Translations under genes and position numbers: made by a program
From: Planctomycetota bacterium
Lineage (GTDB): Bacteria > Planctomycetota > UBA1135 > UBA2386
DNA length: 64,000 nucleotides
Reading direction: 5' to 3'
NCBI GenBank assembly: GCA_039029375.1
Contig: JBCCGH010000004.1
Span: 69,561 to 133,560, forward strand
Part shown: one piece after another, positions 9,405 to 18,223 of the stretch
Numbering within the stretch: position 1 is the first letter of the stretch
Layout of the letters: each line of letters opens with the position of its first letter
The notes under the pieces: generated by a model
Told to the model about the DNA's origin: nothing
Databases searched by the model: none
Seen by the model: only the letters and a program-made list of their open reading frames with translations

Positions 9405-9570
9405 CTAGTGTAGTACGTCAGACAGATGCGCCATTATCCGAGCGATGAGGGCGATCGTCGCAAGGCGCTGCGCCGCAGGCATATTGGTGGATACGTCGAG
9501 GACGCAGCAACGCTGCGACGGTCGTTCTCGGCCGCGGAGAATGGCACAGATTTCTGACGCACTACACTAG
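9405..9570 (+). repeat. ~166-bp inverted-repeat (MITE-like) element, copy A
   Basis: 5' arm 9405-9435 CTAGTGTAGTACGTCAGACAGATGCGCCATT is the imperfect reverse complement of 9540-9570 AATGGCACAGATTTCTGACGCACTACACTAG. The core 9457-9519 is shared with copies B and C. Confidence 0.85.
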
Positions 9571-10994
9571 GACGCGAGCGGAGTCGGCAGCAGCTGCAGC
9601 GCCGCGTCGTGACCCAGCCGCATCGCCTGGTGCATGTTGGGATACACGAAACCACCCTGGCGCCCGGTGGTCGTCAAGTTCGTCAGCCCCGCCAAGTGCT
9701 CGCGCACGACGGCGAGGTGCTCATCAAAGCCCTGCCGATAGATCGGATAGGCGTAGCGATGCCAGAAGAAGTGGTGCTCGACGATCTCGCCGGGGTCGTG
9801 GATCAGGCCATCCCGCAGCAGGTCGCCCCGCAGTTCCTCGAAGACCTCTCGCTGCCGCTTCTCGTCATCGGGAGCGACTTGCTCGGTCAGCTCCACGACA
9901 AGGATCGTGTGGCCGGCCGGCGTCACCTCCATCCCCGAGGCCGTCGGCTCGCTGATGCGGTGATAGATGCGGTCGCGGAAGTACACGTAGAGCGCATCGA
10001 GCACGCGCGGTTTGTTGACGAGCAGGCCAAACACACCGAGCGGCTTGTAGGTGAGCGCCGCCGCGGCCCGGTCGACCTGTGACGGCGCGGTGGGCCGCAG
10101 CGACCGCACGAGGCACGGCAGCGGGATCGTCGAGATCACGGCATCGATGTCGTTGACCACGTGTCCATTGCCGGCGACGGCCTGCTGGACCACGCCGTGT
10201 TGAGAGCGAAGCTCCAACAGAGGCGCCTCAAGATGCAGCTTCGCACCCTGAGCCACGACATAGGCTTGGAGCGCCCCGTAGATCTCGTTCGCGCCGGTCG
10301 GCGTGTACCAGAGGGTCTCCCGCGCCGTGGCGCTCTCCACCCCGAGGTGGCGACGGTCCTTCACACCGACTTTGGCCAACGCTTTGCGGAGGCCATCGAA
10401 GGCCGACAGCCGCGGCATCTTCTTCTTGATGAACTCCGCCGAGAGCTCGCGTGGCGGCAGCCCCCAATAACGAGTCGTGAAGTCCTCAAAGAAGGTGCGA
10501 TACAGGGGCGCGCCATAGAGCTGTCGCAGCGCCTCCTCACCATCAGCCGGCTCGCGCGAGACGAGGCGGTTGCGCACCTGCTGCAAGCCGAGCCCGCCAA
10601 CACACCGCACGAGCTGCAGAGGGCCCATCGCCCCGACGATGTTCCAGAACTTCAGCGGGTAGCGCGCGAACCCATTGCCGTAGCGAATCAGCGCCGACTT
10701 CTCCACCGGGTGGAGCCGATCGCCGACGAGCTGTTGCACCTCTCCAAACACGAACGGGTCCATGGCGTGCAGGTGATGCACGCCAAACTCGAACGTGTTG
10801 GCGCCGCCAACATGCGCCGCTGCGAGGCCGCCGACCCGATCGGCCGCCTCCAAAATCGTCACACCGACGCCCGCGTCGATAAGCGTCTTGGCGGCAAACA
10901 AGCCAGTGGGTCCGGCGCCGACGACGAGGACGTGACGCGGATGCTGCGCCTGGCGCAGCACCGACGGCGTCAGAGGCGCCGCGTCGGCAGTCAC
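9567..10994 (-). CDS. FAD-dependent oxidoreductase (amine oxidase / phytoene desaturase superfamily)
   Basis: N-terminal dinucleotide fold VLVVGAGPTGLFAAKTLIDAGVGVTILEAADRVGGL. GTG start overlaps the upstream stop (GTGA). Confidence 0.75.
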   Translation of the reverse strand: MTADAAPLTPSVLRQAQHPRHVLVVGAGPTGLFAAKTLIDAGVGVTILEAADRVGGLAAAHVGGANTFEFGVHHLHAMDPFVFGEVQQLVGDRLHPVEKSALIRYGNGFARYPLKFWNIVGAMGPLQLVRCVGGLGLQQVRNRLVSREPADGEEALRQLYGAPLYRTFFEDFTTRYWGLPPRELSAEFIKKKMPRLSAFDGLRKALAKVGVKDRRHLGVESATARETLWYTPTGANEIYGALQAYVVAQGAKLHLEAPLLELRSQHGVVQQAVAGNGHVVNDIDAVISTIPLPCLVRSLRPTAPSQVDRAAAALTYKPLGVFGLLVNKPRVLDALYVYFRDRIYHRISEPTASGMEVTPAGHTILVVELTEQVAPDDEKRQREVFEELRGDLLRDGLIHDPGEIVEHHFFWHRYAYPIYRQGFDEHLAVVREHLAGLTNLTTTGRQGGFVYPNMHQAMRLGHDAALQLLPTPLAS

Positions 10995-12337
10995 GACTGC
11001 GTCACTCCCGAACCAGCCTGCAGCAGCATTGCTTCCTGCTCGCGATAGAGCCGAGTCAGCAACGACTCGGGAAGCTCGAGGTCGGCAAACGTCACGATCT
11101 GATCTCGGGCCAAGTCACGGGTCAGGACAAACGGTTGGCGCGCCTCGGAGTCGAGCAACGACACCGGCACTGCGTCCTCACGCAGAATCACTTCACGCCG
11201 CTCGATCAAACCATAGAGCTCGTCACAGCCAATGCCGTGCGAGATCTTCGTGCCCTTGGGCAAGTCTCGTTTCGCGAAGCCAATCACCTCGGTCGCTTTG
11301 CCGTGGTGCGGCGCGAGCACAGGCTTATGACGCAGGCAAAGCTCTGCAATCGCGCTCGGCGTCTCGAGGTGGCACAGGTGATACGGCCGATAGAAAAGGT
11401 AAAACGGCCCGTCCCCTAGCTTGTAGTACTTCAGATAGGCCTGCTGGAACGTCTCGTCACAGTGGCCCACGACGAACACGCCACCACCAGGCTCCGCCCC
11501 CACGATGTAGTCGACGACCCCGCGGCGGTCGTACCGCGTGAAGTCGAACTTGCCGAAGACGTCACGGACGTCTTTGGCCGACGGCCCCTCCATCCCTCGG
11601 CAATAGGGCAGCATGCCCGTGGCATTGGCGAGCAGAGCCATCTCGATGTTGAGCTTGGTGCCGTCGGTGTAGGCGACACACTGCACCGGGTTGAGGGCTC
11701 GGATCCTCGCCTCCTCGGCGATGGACGCGATCGTCGCGCGGCGATTGAGGAAGCCCTTGATGTTGCCTCCCATCACGATGCGGAAGCCCCAGAGCTCGAT
11801 CTCCTCGATCATGCGCATCAGCACGCCGTGCTGGTCACCCGCATCGCTCGTCACACCAACGCCGTTGTCTTGCGCGAGTCGGTGCAGCCACGGCCCCAGC
11901 AGGAGATCGATCTCCGCGTTCATCAAGACCACGTGGATCCGGCTCTGTAGGGCCGCGACACACGCCCGCGCCGCGAACTCAATCGTGTTGGTCGACTCGA
12001 CGAACACGTCCACGTTGAGCGGATTACCCTCGAGCGCAGGCAAGATGTCGGTGCCGACGGCCACCTGCCCCGGGGTGCTGCGCTGCGCGGCGGCGATCTC
12101 TACCAGGGACGCGCCAGGCACGAGCCGGGCGGCGGCTTCGGCGGCGGCGCGGTCAACATCCGCCACGACCGCAAGCTCCATCCCCGGAGTGCGCCCGATC
12201 TGATAGGCGATGCCGAGGCCCATGGACCCCGCACCCACTAGGGCGACCCGTAGGGGACGCCCCTCGCGCTCGCGTGCTCGTAGCTCGGCAATCATACAGG
12301 GGTTGTCCAGGCCGATCGGGAGCGACTCTCCCGACAC
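10991..12337 (-). CDS. NAD(P)-binding oxidoreductase with C-terminal SAF-like domain (homoserine dehydrogenase-like, COG4091 type)
   Basis: Rossmann motif LRVALVGAGSMGLGIAYQI. Overall length and the C-terminal KRDLPKGTKISHGIGCDELYG segment resemble the SAF domain. Start is GTG 12337 or ATG 12295. Confidence 0.55.
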   Translation of the reverse strand: MSGESLPIGLDNPCMIAELRAREREGRPLRVALVGAGSMGLGIAYQIGRTPGMELAVVADVDRAAAEAAARLVPGASLVEIAAAQRSTPGQVAVGTDILPALEGNPLNVDVFVESTNTIEFAARACVAALQSRIHVVLMNAEIDLLLGPWLHRLAQDNGVGVTSDAGDQHGVLMRMIEEIELWGFRIVMGGNIKGFLNRRATIASIAEEARIRALNPVQCVAYTDGTKLNIEMALLANATGMLPYCRGMEGPSAKDVRDVFGKFDFTRYDRRGVVDYIVGAEPGGGVFVVGHCDETFQQAYLKYYKLGDGPFYLFYRPYHLCHLETPSAIAELCLRHKPVLAPHHGKATEVIGFAKRDLPKGTKISHGIGCDELYGLIERREVILREDAVPVSLLDSEARQPFVLTRDLARDQIVTFADLELPESLLTRLYREQEAMLLQAGSGVTQS

Positions 12338-12539
12338 TCAAGGAGTATAGAACCCCCGCTCGTACAGGGCGGCGGACTCATGGATCGCGCCGACCCAAAG
12401 CCCGCCCGTTGGCCCCACGTTAGTGGGGAATCGAGCGGCGGTAGCATCCTGGGACTGCGCTTCGACCGAAAACGTTAGCGGCCAACCGCGCAACCGACGC
12501 AAGGAGCCAACCGGCCGGACCGACCGGTGGCCAGGGCGC

Positions 12540-14168
12540 TTACTGAAAGAGAGCCACGATGCCGCCGCTCCAGGGGCCCGACTGCGAAATCGCACCGCCC
12601 GCGGCATCGCGGAAGCTATAGACGCGACCGAGATCGGGGAACGTCGGGTCCGCGGGCACCGTGAGCTGGAGGCCGTTGGACAACGACATCGGCAAGAGCG
12701 GCTGCGCCACGTCGACACCGAAGCCCTGCATGTAGACGTCATCCCCGACGAGACCGACCACGTAAGGCAGCTCGTCGAACGTGATGCTGTTGATCGTGCC
12801 CATCGAATCGGCAACCCCTAGGGGAACCGCGATCGCCGGGTCGGCGAACACGCCGGTGCACAGCAATGGCAGGAAGATGCTGGGGTTGCTCAGCCCGAGG
12901 TGGGCGAACACCGGGCCACCGGCCGGCGCCCCCGTCACGCCCAGCTCGATGCGGAGCTTGGTCAGGTGGTTGAACAGGCTGCCCGTGAGCGTGAACGGCC
13001 CGCTCATCTGGCCTGGCGTTCCGCAGCCCGTGCCGGTCTCCATGCCGACACCCTCGCTCGGTGCGTAGGAGCCGACGCCGGACTGGAAGTCGAGCGGGTA
13101 GTTCACGAAGCTGCCGAACGGCGCGCTGGGGTTGTCCAAGACGTTGACCTGCCACAGCAAGTCGTCGACCCCGTCGTAACTCCACGGCACATCGAACGCG
13201 AACCGCACGTCCCAGGGCGCTGGCCCCGGTGGCGGTGGCTGGGTGCCCCAATCGGGCAGCTGCACCGTCTTGGTGGCGCAGACGACCGTCGGCGAGCCCA
13301 CGTAGTTCTGGCTGTGATCCAAGACGAGACGCTTGACGTCGCTATGGGCGAGGATGACCTCGACGTCGATGATGCGGCTCGGGAACGTCCCGTCTGGCTC
13401 GTCGGCGTCGCGTCGGAACGCGATTGACCGGATGCTCGGCCGCGGCGTGCCGCGCAAGCCGCGATCGACTTGCTGCCACGTGACCCAGGGCTTCGAGAAC
13501 AGCATGAAGCCGTGCTGCCCATCGCCCTCGGCAGTGACAAAGCCATCCGGCATGCTGAACCGATCCGCGAACGAGCTGCGCAGCTGGTTCATCTCCAGGA
13601 TGCCTTGCTCAACCGGCGAGCCGGGCGTGCCGGGTAGCCATGGATCGTTGAGCGGCAGCAGCATCCCCTCAACCGGATCGCCGATGGGCGTCGCCACGAC
13701 GTCGTCGACCTGCAGGAGAGCCGTGACGGTCGGCCCCGGCTGGAGCAGGTTAAAGCTGATCTCCAGGTCACCGCACGCGGGATACTCCACGTGCATCCGG
13801 TCGAACGTCGCCGTGCTCGGGAGGAACGCGCCCTGCGCACCCGCGGGCCCGTTGATCTCGACCCAAGCGGAGCCGCCCTGCACCCGGTAGCTAAACTCGA
13901 TGTGGCATTCCGCCGTCGGGTGACCGTGGGCAAACAACTGCCAGATCGAGCTGCCGCTGTGCGAGCCGGCGACGAGCGGCACGCCAGTGCTTGGCCCGAG
14001 CTGCGCACTGTTGCTCGGCGGCCCAGCGCGCACCGCCCCCACCTCGAGCCAGCCCGGCATACCCGGCGGGCCTTCCTCGAAGTCTCCGTTCACGATCTGG
14101 GCGCCGAGCGCGCCCGTGGTCACCAACGTCGCAACGCCGACCTCGAGCGCGAGCTTGCAGTGTCTCAT
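12540..14168 (-). CDS. Secreted hypothetical protein (about 540 aa)
   Basis: Start MRHCKLALEVGVATLVTTGALGAQ is preceded by GGAGGAGG. High third-position GC. No recognised domain. Last gene of the ECF sigma operon. Confidence 0.65.
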   Translation of the reverse strand: MRHCKLALEVGVATLVTTGALGAQIVNGDFEEGPPGMPGWLEVGAVRAGPPSNSAQLGPSTGVPLVAGSHSGSSIWQLFAHGHPTAECHIEFSYRVQGGSAWVEINGPAGAQGAFLPSTATFDRMHVEYPACGDLEISFNLLQPGPTVTALLQVDDVVATPIGDPVEGMLLPLNDPWLPGTPGSPVEQGILEMNQLRSSFADRFSMPDGFVTAEGDGQHGFMLFSKPWVTWQQVDRGLRGTPRPSIRSIAFRRDADEPDGTFPSRIIDVEVILAHSDVKRLVLDHSQNYVGSPTVVCATKTVQLPDWGTQPPPPGPAPWDVRFAFDVPWSYDGVDDLLWQVNVLDNPSAPFGSFVNYPLDFQSGVGSYAPSEGVGMETGTGCGTPGQMSGPFTLTGSLFNHLTKLRIELGVTGAPAGGPVFAHLGLSNPSIFLPLLCTGVFADPAIAVPLGVADSMGTINSITFDELPYVVGLVGDDVYMQGFGVDVAQPLLPMSLSNGLQLTVPADPTFPDLGRVYSFRDAAGGAISQSGPWSGGIVALFQ

Positions 14169-14240
14169 GCCTCCTCCTCTGCGACGCGGCGGACACCGCC
14201 GCGCATTGCCGTCGGAAGCACTTTCGCCCAATCGAGGCCC

Positions 14241-14285
14241 CGGACGTGAGATCCCCGGGCCTGAAATCCACGGGCCTGAAATCCC
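14241..14285. repeat. Three tandem 15-bp units in an intergenic region
   Basis: cggacgtgagatccc / cgggcctgaaatcca / cgggcctgaaatccc, followed by the perfect 12-bp palindrome GCGCCCGGGCGC (14286-14297). Confidence 0.8.
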
Positions 14286-14312
14286 GCGCCCGGGCGCCCC
14301 GAAGGCCGCCCG

Positions 14313-15263
14313 TCAGCCCTTGTCCTGCAGGCGGGAGTCGAGCTTCTCCAGCAGCTCCTCGAGCGCCCGCAGCCGCTGCTCGAGCCGCTCGAGGTTCCCT
14401 TCGGCTGGCTCCTGTCCGTTCGCGCCGCCAAAAGCCCGATCCACGTGGTAGGGGTCGAGCGCCAAAAAGGGTGACAGCTTGTAGGCCGTCGCGGCGTCTT
14501 GGTACGAGTTGAAGAGCCGCGAGGCGTCGAAGTTCTGTGCCGCTTTGAACGCGCTATTGGGGGCGGCGTAATCGGTCGTGTACGGGAACCGAAACTCGAA
14601 CGGCTGCACCGTGTTGTTGGTCGCCCAGTTGGGCCACGCGGCGACGCCGGCTTCTTCTGCCTCAAGCTCTACATCGATCTCTTCGGCCCCGCCGCGGCGC
14701 AGCACCCGGACGGTCAGCTGATCGCCGGGCTCCTTGTCGGCGAGGACCTCGGACAGCCGCTCCCGGGTCACCGGCGCCGCGCCGTCGATATGCGTGATGA
14801 TGTCGTGCTGGCGCAGACCCGCGCGCTCCGCGGCTTGGCCCGACGTCACCTCCGACAGATACAGCGTCTCGGCGGCGTCGACGTCCAGGTGCGCCGCGAG
14901 CGCCTCGGGCACCGGCATCAGCGAGACGCCGAGCCGCAGCCGCGGCTTGGCCCGTGGGAAGGTGAACAGCGAACCGCCCGCGCCGTGCAGCGACACGGTC
15001 GCAACCTGGCGACCGTACGAGTCGAACAGCGCGATGCTCTCGCCGTCACGCCGGAAGCGATCTTTGGGCGCCGGCTCGCCGTCGATCAACACTTCCACCT
15101 TGTCGCCGGCGCGGTCGACGACGATCGACACGTGTTCGTCGTCCACGTACGAGAACTCCAGGTGTTGCGGCGCCGGGTCATGACCCTGGGCAGTCAGGCC
15201 TGAGGCCACCATCAAGAAGGCGCCGAAGGCGATCGGAACGCCGGAAAGTCGATGTGCTTGCAT
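14313..15263 (-). CDS. PDZ domain-containing exported protein with C-terminal coiled coil
   Basis: Start MQAHRLSGVPIAFGAFLMVASG (signal or anchor). PDZ segment LGVSLMPVPEALAAHL...GLRQHDIITHIDGAAP...GDQLTVRVLRRG. C-terminal tail EGNLERLEQRLRALEELLEKL. Confidence 0.75.
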   Translation of the reverse strand: MQAHRLSGVPIAFGAFLMVASGLTAQGHDPAPQHLEFSYVDDEHVSIVVDRAGDKVEVLIDGEPAPKDRFRRDGESIALFDSYGRQVATVSLHGAGGSLFTFPRAKPRLRLGVSLMPVPEALAAHLDVDAAETLYLSEVTSGQAAERAGLRQHDIITHIDGAAPVTRERLSEVLADKEPGDQLTVRVLRRGGAEEIDVELEAEEAGVAAWPNWATNNTVQPFEFRFPYTTDYAAPNSAFKAAQNFDASRLFNSYQDAATAYKLSPFLALDPYHVDRAFGGANGQEPAEGNLERLEQRLRALEELLEKLDSRLQDKG

Positions 15264-15300
15264 ACGGTCTCTGCCTTGCTCCATGCGCATGCGCTGCGCG

Positions 15301-15930
15301 TCAGAATTCGGTGGGTCGGACCAAGCTGGCGGGCTGCACCGGAGTCGGCACCAATGCACCGTGCTCGTCTTCCGCCACGCCAAACAGCTCGGGCACTCGC
15401 GCGCGCTCTAGCACGCGGCGCAGATAGACGAGGTCGTAGCCCACGCCATCTGCGGTCGGCTCTGCCCGCAGCACCACGCGATCGAGCTCGCGCAGCACCT
15501 GCGGGGCTCCGGGCTCGACGGCGGCGACCGCGGTGTGCGGCGCCGGCGCGGACGTCACCCCGGGCGCGGATCGCCAGACCGCCGCACCCCAGCCCATGCA
15601 GGCCACGGCGGCCGCCAGCCAACCCGACGCCAACGCGGCCCAGCGCGTCGATCGCGACGAGAGCCATCGACCCCGCGGGGCGCCGAGCTCCACGTGGCCG
15701 GCCGCCCGCTGCACCGTCGGCCGCACCGCGACGCGCAGCGTCGCGTCCTGCCGCAGCATCGCCACCAGCTCGTGCCACAGCGCCGGGTCCCCGGCCGCCT
15801 GCCGGTCGAGTGCGCGCCAGTCCTCGAGGCCGTCGGCGCGGTCGACCACTCGGCTCATGGCAAGCTCAAGCGGACTTGCGGAGCCACCGGCGTCCGCGGG
15901 ATCGGTTGGGTTTGCCGGGTTCATCTGCAT
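15301..15930 (-). CDS. Putative anti-sigma factor (single-pass membrane protein)
   Basis: Overlaps the stop of the upstream ECF sigma gene by 10 nt. One TM segment WAALASGWLAAAVACMGWGAAVW. Position and size are typical of a cognate anti-sigma. Confidence 0.6.
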   Translation of the reverse strand: MQMNPANPTDPADAGGSASPLELAMSRVVDRADGLEDWRALDRQAAGDPALWHELVAMLRQDATLRVAVRPTVQRAAGHVELGAPRGRWLSSRSTRWAALASGWLAAAVACMGWGAAVWRSAPGVTSAPAPHTAVAAVEPGAPQVLRELDRVVLRAEPTADGVGYDLVYLRRVLERARVPELFGVAEDEHGALVPTPVQPASLVRPTEF

Positions 15931-16499
15931 GGCTGCACTCTCCGATTCGAACCGTGATCCGGCGCGGTCTGCTGCGCCATGCGCTGCCGCAACGCCCGCC
16001 GTGCCCGCGCCAACCGCGTCTCGACCGTCGTCTCCGGCAGGCCGAGCGCTACGGCGATCTCGCGTTGACTCAAGCCATCGACCGCGCGCAACAGGAGCGG
16101 CTCGCGCAGGTCCACCGGCAGCGTGGCCACCATCGCCAGCACCGCGTCGACCTCGTCGGCCAGCGACGCCCGCCCCACCGCGGAGGCCGGATCGCAGGGC
16201 TCCGCCGCCAAAGCGTCCGGCCGCTCACGGCGCTCCCGGCGGCCGTGCGACCGCGCCGCGTTGACCGCAATCGCGCGCAGCCACGGCCGAAACGCCTGGG
16301 GATCGCGGAGCCCCGGCAGCTCGCGGACCAGGGTGACCGCCACTTCCTGCAGAGCGTCGTCGAGCTCGACACGACCCGGCAGGTGGGCCATGAGGATCGC
16401 CGCGGTCCATTCGCGATGAGCCTCCCACAGCGCGGTCAGGGCCGCGGCGTCGCCGGCTAGCGCGCGCTCCAGAACGACGGCGTCAGGCGAAATGGACAT
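15921..16499 (-). CDS. ECF (group IV) RNA polymerase sigma-70 factor
   Basis: Region 2 DDALQEVAVTLVRELPGLRDPQAFRPWLRAIAVNAA. Region 4 LSQREIAVALGLPETTVETRLARARRAL. Start taken at MSISPD (16499). Confidence 0.85.
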   Translation of the reverse strand: MSISPDAVVLERALAGDAAALTALWEAHREWTAAILMAHLPGRVELDDALQEVAVTLVRELPGLRDPQAFRPWLRAIAVNAARSHGRRERRERPDALAAEPCDPASAVGRASLADEVDAVLAMVATLPVDLREPLLLRAVDGLSQREIAVALGLPETTVETRLARARRALRQRMAQQTAPDHGSNRRVQPCR

Positions 16500-16581
16500 G
16501 CCGACTTCCCAAGACGCCGGGGGCCCCGGTTTCCGTCCGGATTCCCCCGGGTGGCCACGCTTGGCCGCGCACTTGCCTTTG

Positions 16582-16596
16582 GTTGCGGATCGCAAC
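16582..16596. promoter_or_regulatory. Perfect inverted repeat GTTGCG-GAT-CGCAAC, candidate MarR-type operator
   Basis: Lies 13 nt upstream of the MarR-GNAT start codon, in the 109-bp divergent region shared with the ECF sigma gene. Confidence 0.35.
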
Positions 16597-16608
16597 TATG
16601 TTGATGCG

Positions 16609-17565
16609 ATGCGCAACGAGACCGGCGACCTGGTGGGCCGTCTGCGGCACGCTTCCCGCAGCATGGTCCGGGACCTTGGGCTACTCGGCGGCGGTCGGGG
16701 CGAGGACGCGGCGCCTGGCCTCCCGATCACGACTTGCCACGCGCTGATCGAGCTCGGCGCGCACCCAAACCGCACCGTCGGCGAGCTCGCGGCCGCGCTC
16801 CGCATCGACAAGTCCAACGCCAGCCGCACGGCGGCGACGCTCATCCGGGACGGCCTGGTCGAGACCGCCCCGGCGCTCGATCGCCGGCGCCGCTGCCTGT
16901 CGTTGACCCCAACGGGGCGGCAACAGCTGCAATGCCTCCACGACCGCGTCGATCGCCAAGTCGCCGCGGCACTCGAGCACCTGGACCCAGCCGAACGCCA
17001 AGCCGCCGCGCGCGGCGTCGCGCTCTACGCCAAAGCGCTGGGCCGACTTCGGCGCGTCGGCGACGTGCAGATCGGACTGGTCCGCGCCGCCGACGACGCG
17101 GCGCTGCTGCAGATCATCGCCGACGCCTCGAGTGAGTTCGGCTTCGGCGCTTGCTTCACCGCAGCGGTGCGCGCCCCTTCCAGCGAGTTTGCCGCGCCGC
17201 GAGCGGCGTACTTCGTAGCGCGTCGCGCCGATCGGGTGGTGGGCGGCGCGGGGTTCGTACCGCGAGCGACCGACGGAGCGAGCGATGCGGCGGTGTGCGA
17301 ACTGCGACAGATGTACCTCGCGCGCGACGCTCGCGGTGGTGGGCTCGGCCGCCGGTTGCTGCACACGTGCCTCGCCGCCGCCCGCGACCTCGGCTATCGA
17401 ACGTGCTACCTGGAGACGCACGATGCCATGACCGCCGCGCACGGACTCTACGAGCGGTGCGGGTTCCGCCGTGCATGCCCGCGCGGTGACGGCAGCGCCG
17501 GCCGCGGCTGCGACACCTACTACGAGCTCGATCTGCAGGCGGGCGCGACCGGGCCGACCGGGTAG
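16609..17565 (+). CDS. MarR-family winged-helix regulator fused to a GNAT N-acetyltransferase domain
   Basis: N-terminus: [44 protein letters not shown] (MarR wHTH). C-terminus: [53 protein letters not shown] (GNAT motif A/B). Confidence 0.8.
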   Translation: MRNETGDLVGRLRHASRSMVRDLGLLGGGRGEDAAPGLPITTCHALIELGAHPNRTVGELAAALRIDKSNASRTAATLIRDGLVETAPALDRRRRCLSLTPTGRQQLQCLHDRVDRQVAAALEHLDPAERQAAARGVALYAKALGRLRRVGDVQIGLVRAADDAALLQIIADASSEFGFGACFTAAVRAPSSEFAAPRAAYFVARRADRVVGGAGFVPRATDGASDAAVCELRQMYLARDARGGGLGRRLLHTCLAAARDLGYRTCYLETHDAMTAAHGLYERCGFRRACPRGDGSAGRGCDTYYELDLQAGATGPTG

Positions 17566-17576
17566 CCTCACACCCA

Positions 17577-18032
17577 ATGGCAACGGCGGACTCAGCGGAC
17601 CTCATCGAGGCGTTCACCGACGGCGCGTGCAGCGGCAACCCCGGCCCTGGCGGCTGGGGCGTGCTGCTACGGTTCGGCGACCGGGAGAAAGAGCTGTGCG
17701 GCGGCGAGCGCCAGACGACCAACAACCGCATGGAGATCCAGGCCGCCATCGAGGCCCTGCGGGCCCTCACTCGCCCGTGCCGCGTGCGGCTGCACACCGA
17801 CAGCCAATACCTGCGTCAAGGGATCACGTCCTGGATCGAGCGCTGGAAGACGAACGGTTGGCGCACGTCGCAGAAGAAGCCGGTGAAGAACGCCGAGTTG
17901 TGGCGTGAGCTCGACGAGGCACGCACGCCGCACGAAGTCGAGTGGATCTGGGTGAAGGGGCACGCCGGCCACGAAGGCAACGAGCGCGCCGACGAGCTGG
18001 CCCGGCGCGGCATCACCGAGCTCGGCGGATAG
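17577..18032 (+). CDS. rnhA: Ribonuclease HI
   Basis: [16 protein letters not shown]...[15 protein letters not shown]...LHTDSQY...[20 protein letters not shown], with the DEDD catalytic residues in canonical context. Confidence 0.95.
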   Translation: MATADSADLIEAFTDGACSGNPGPGGWGVLLRFGDREKELCGGERQTTNNRMEIQAAIEALRALTRPCRVRLHTDSQYLRQGITSWIERWKTNGWRTSQKKPVKNAELWRELDEARTPHEVEWIWVKGHAGHEGNERADELARRGITELGG

Positions 18033-18053
18033 GCCCCCGGGAGGCAATCAGGA

Positions 18054-18218
18054 CTAGTGGGTCGGGACACAAGTTCGGTGCATTTCTCGGCGAGTCATGC
18101 GTGTCGGTCGCAAGGCGCCGCGACGCAGGCATATCGGTGGATACGGCGAGGAGCGGCAACGCCGCGAGCCGCGCGTAGGGCCGGCGACAAATGTGGCGAA
18201 CTTTGTCCCGCCCCACGA
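18054..18218 (+). repeat. ~166-bp inverted-repeat (MITE-like) element, copy B
   Basis: CTAGTGGGTCGGGACACAAGTTCGGTGCATTT (5') pairs with AAATGTGGCGAACTTTGTCCCGCCCCACGAG (3'). Core 18111-18150 is 36/40 identical to 9461-9500 (hand count). The right terminus is degenerate (CGAG instead of CTAG). Confidence 0.8.
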
Positions 18219-18223
18219 GCGCA

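Noticed and set aside
12413-12428. Hairpin CCCCAC-GTTA-GTGGGG, and the palindrome CACTAGTG at 40994-41001, resembling joined element termini
   Set aside because: These are very short, and both could arise by chance. No adjacent element sequence is present.
16500-16608. ECF-type promoter (GGAAC-N16/17-CGTC) upstream of the sigma gene at 16499
   Set aside because: GGAAAC and CGTCTT are present on the correct strand, but the spacing (about 12 nt, or about 24 nt from the alternative GGAAT) does not fit. It was not reported as a feature.
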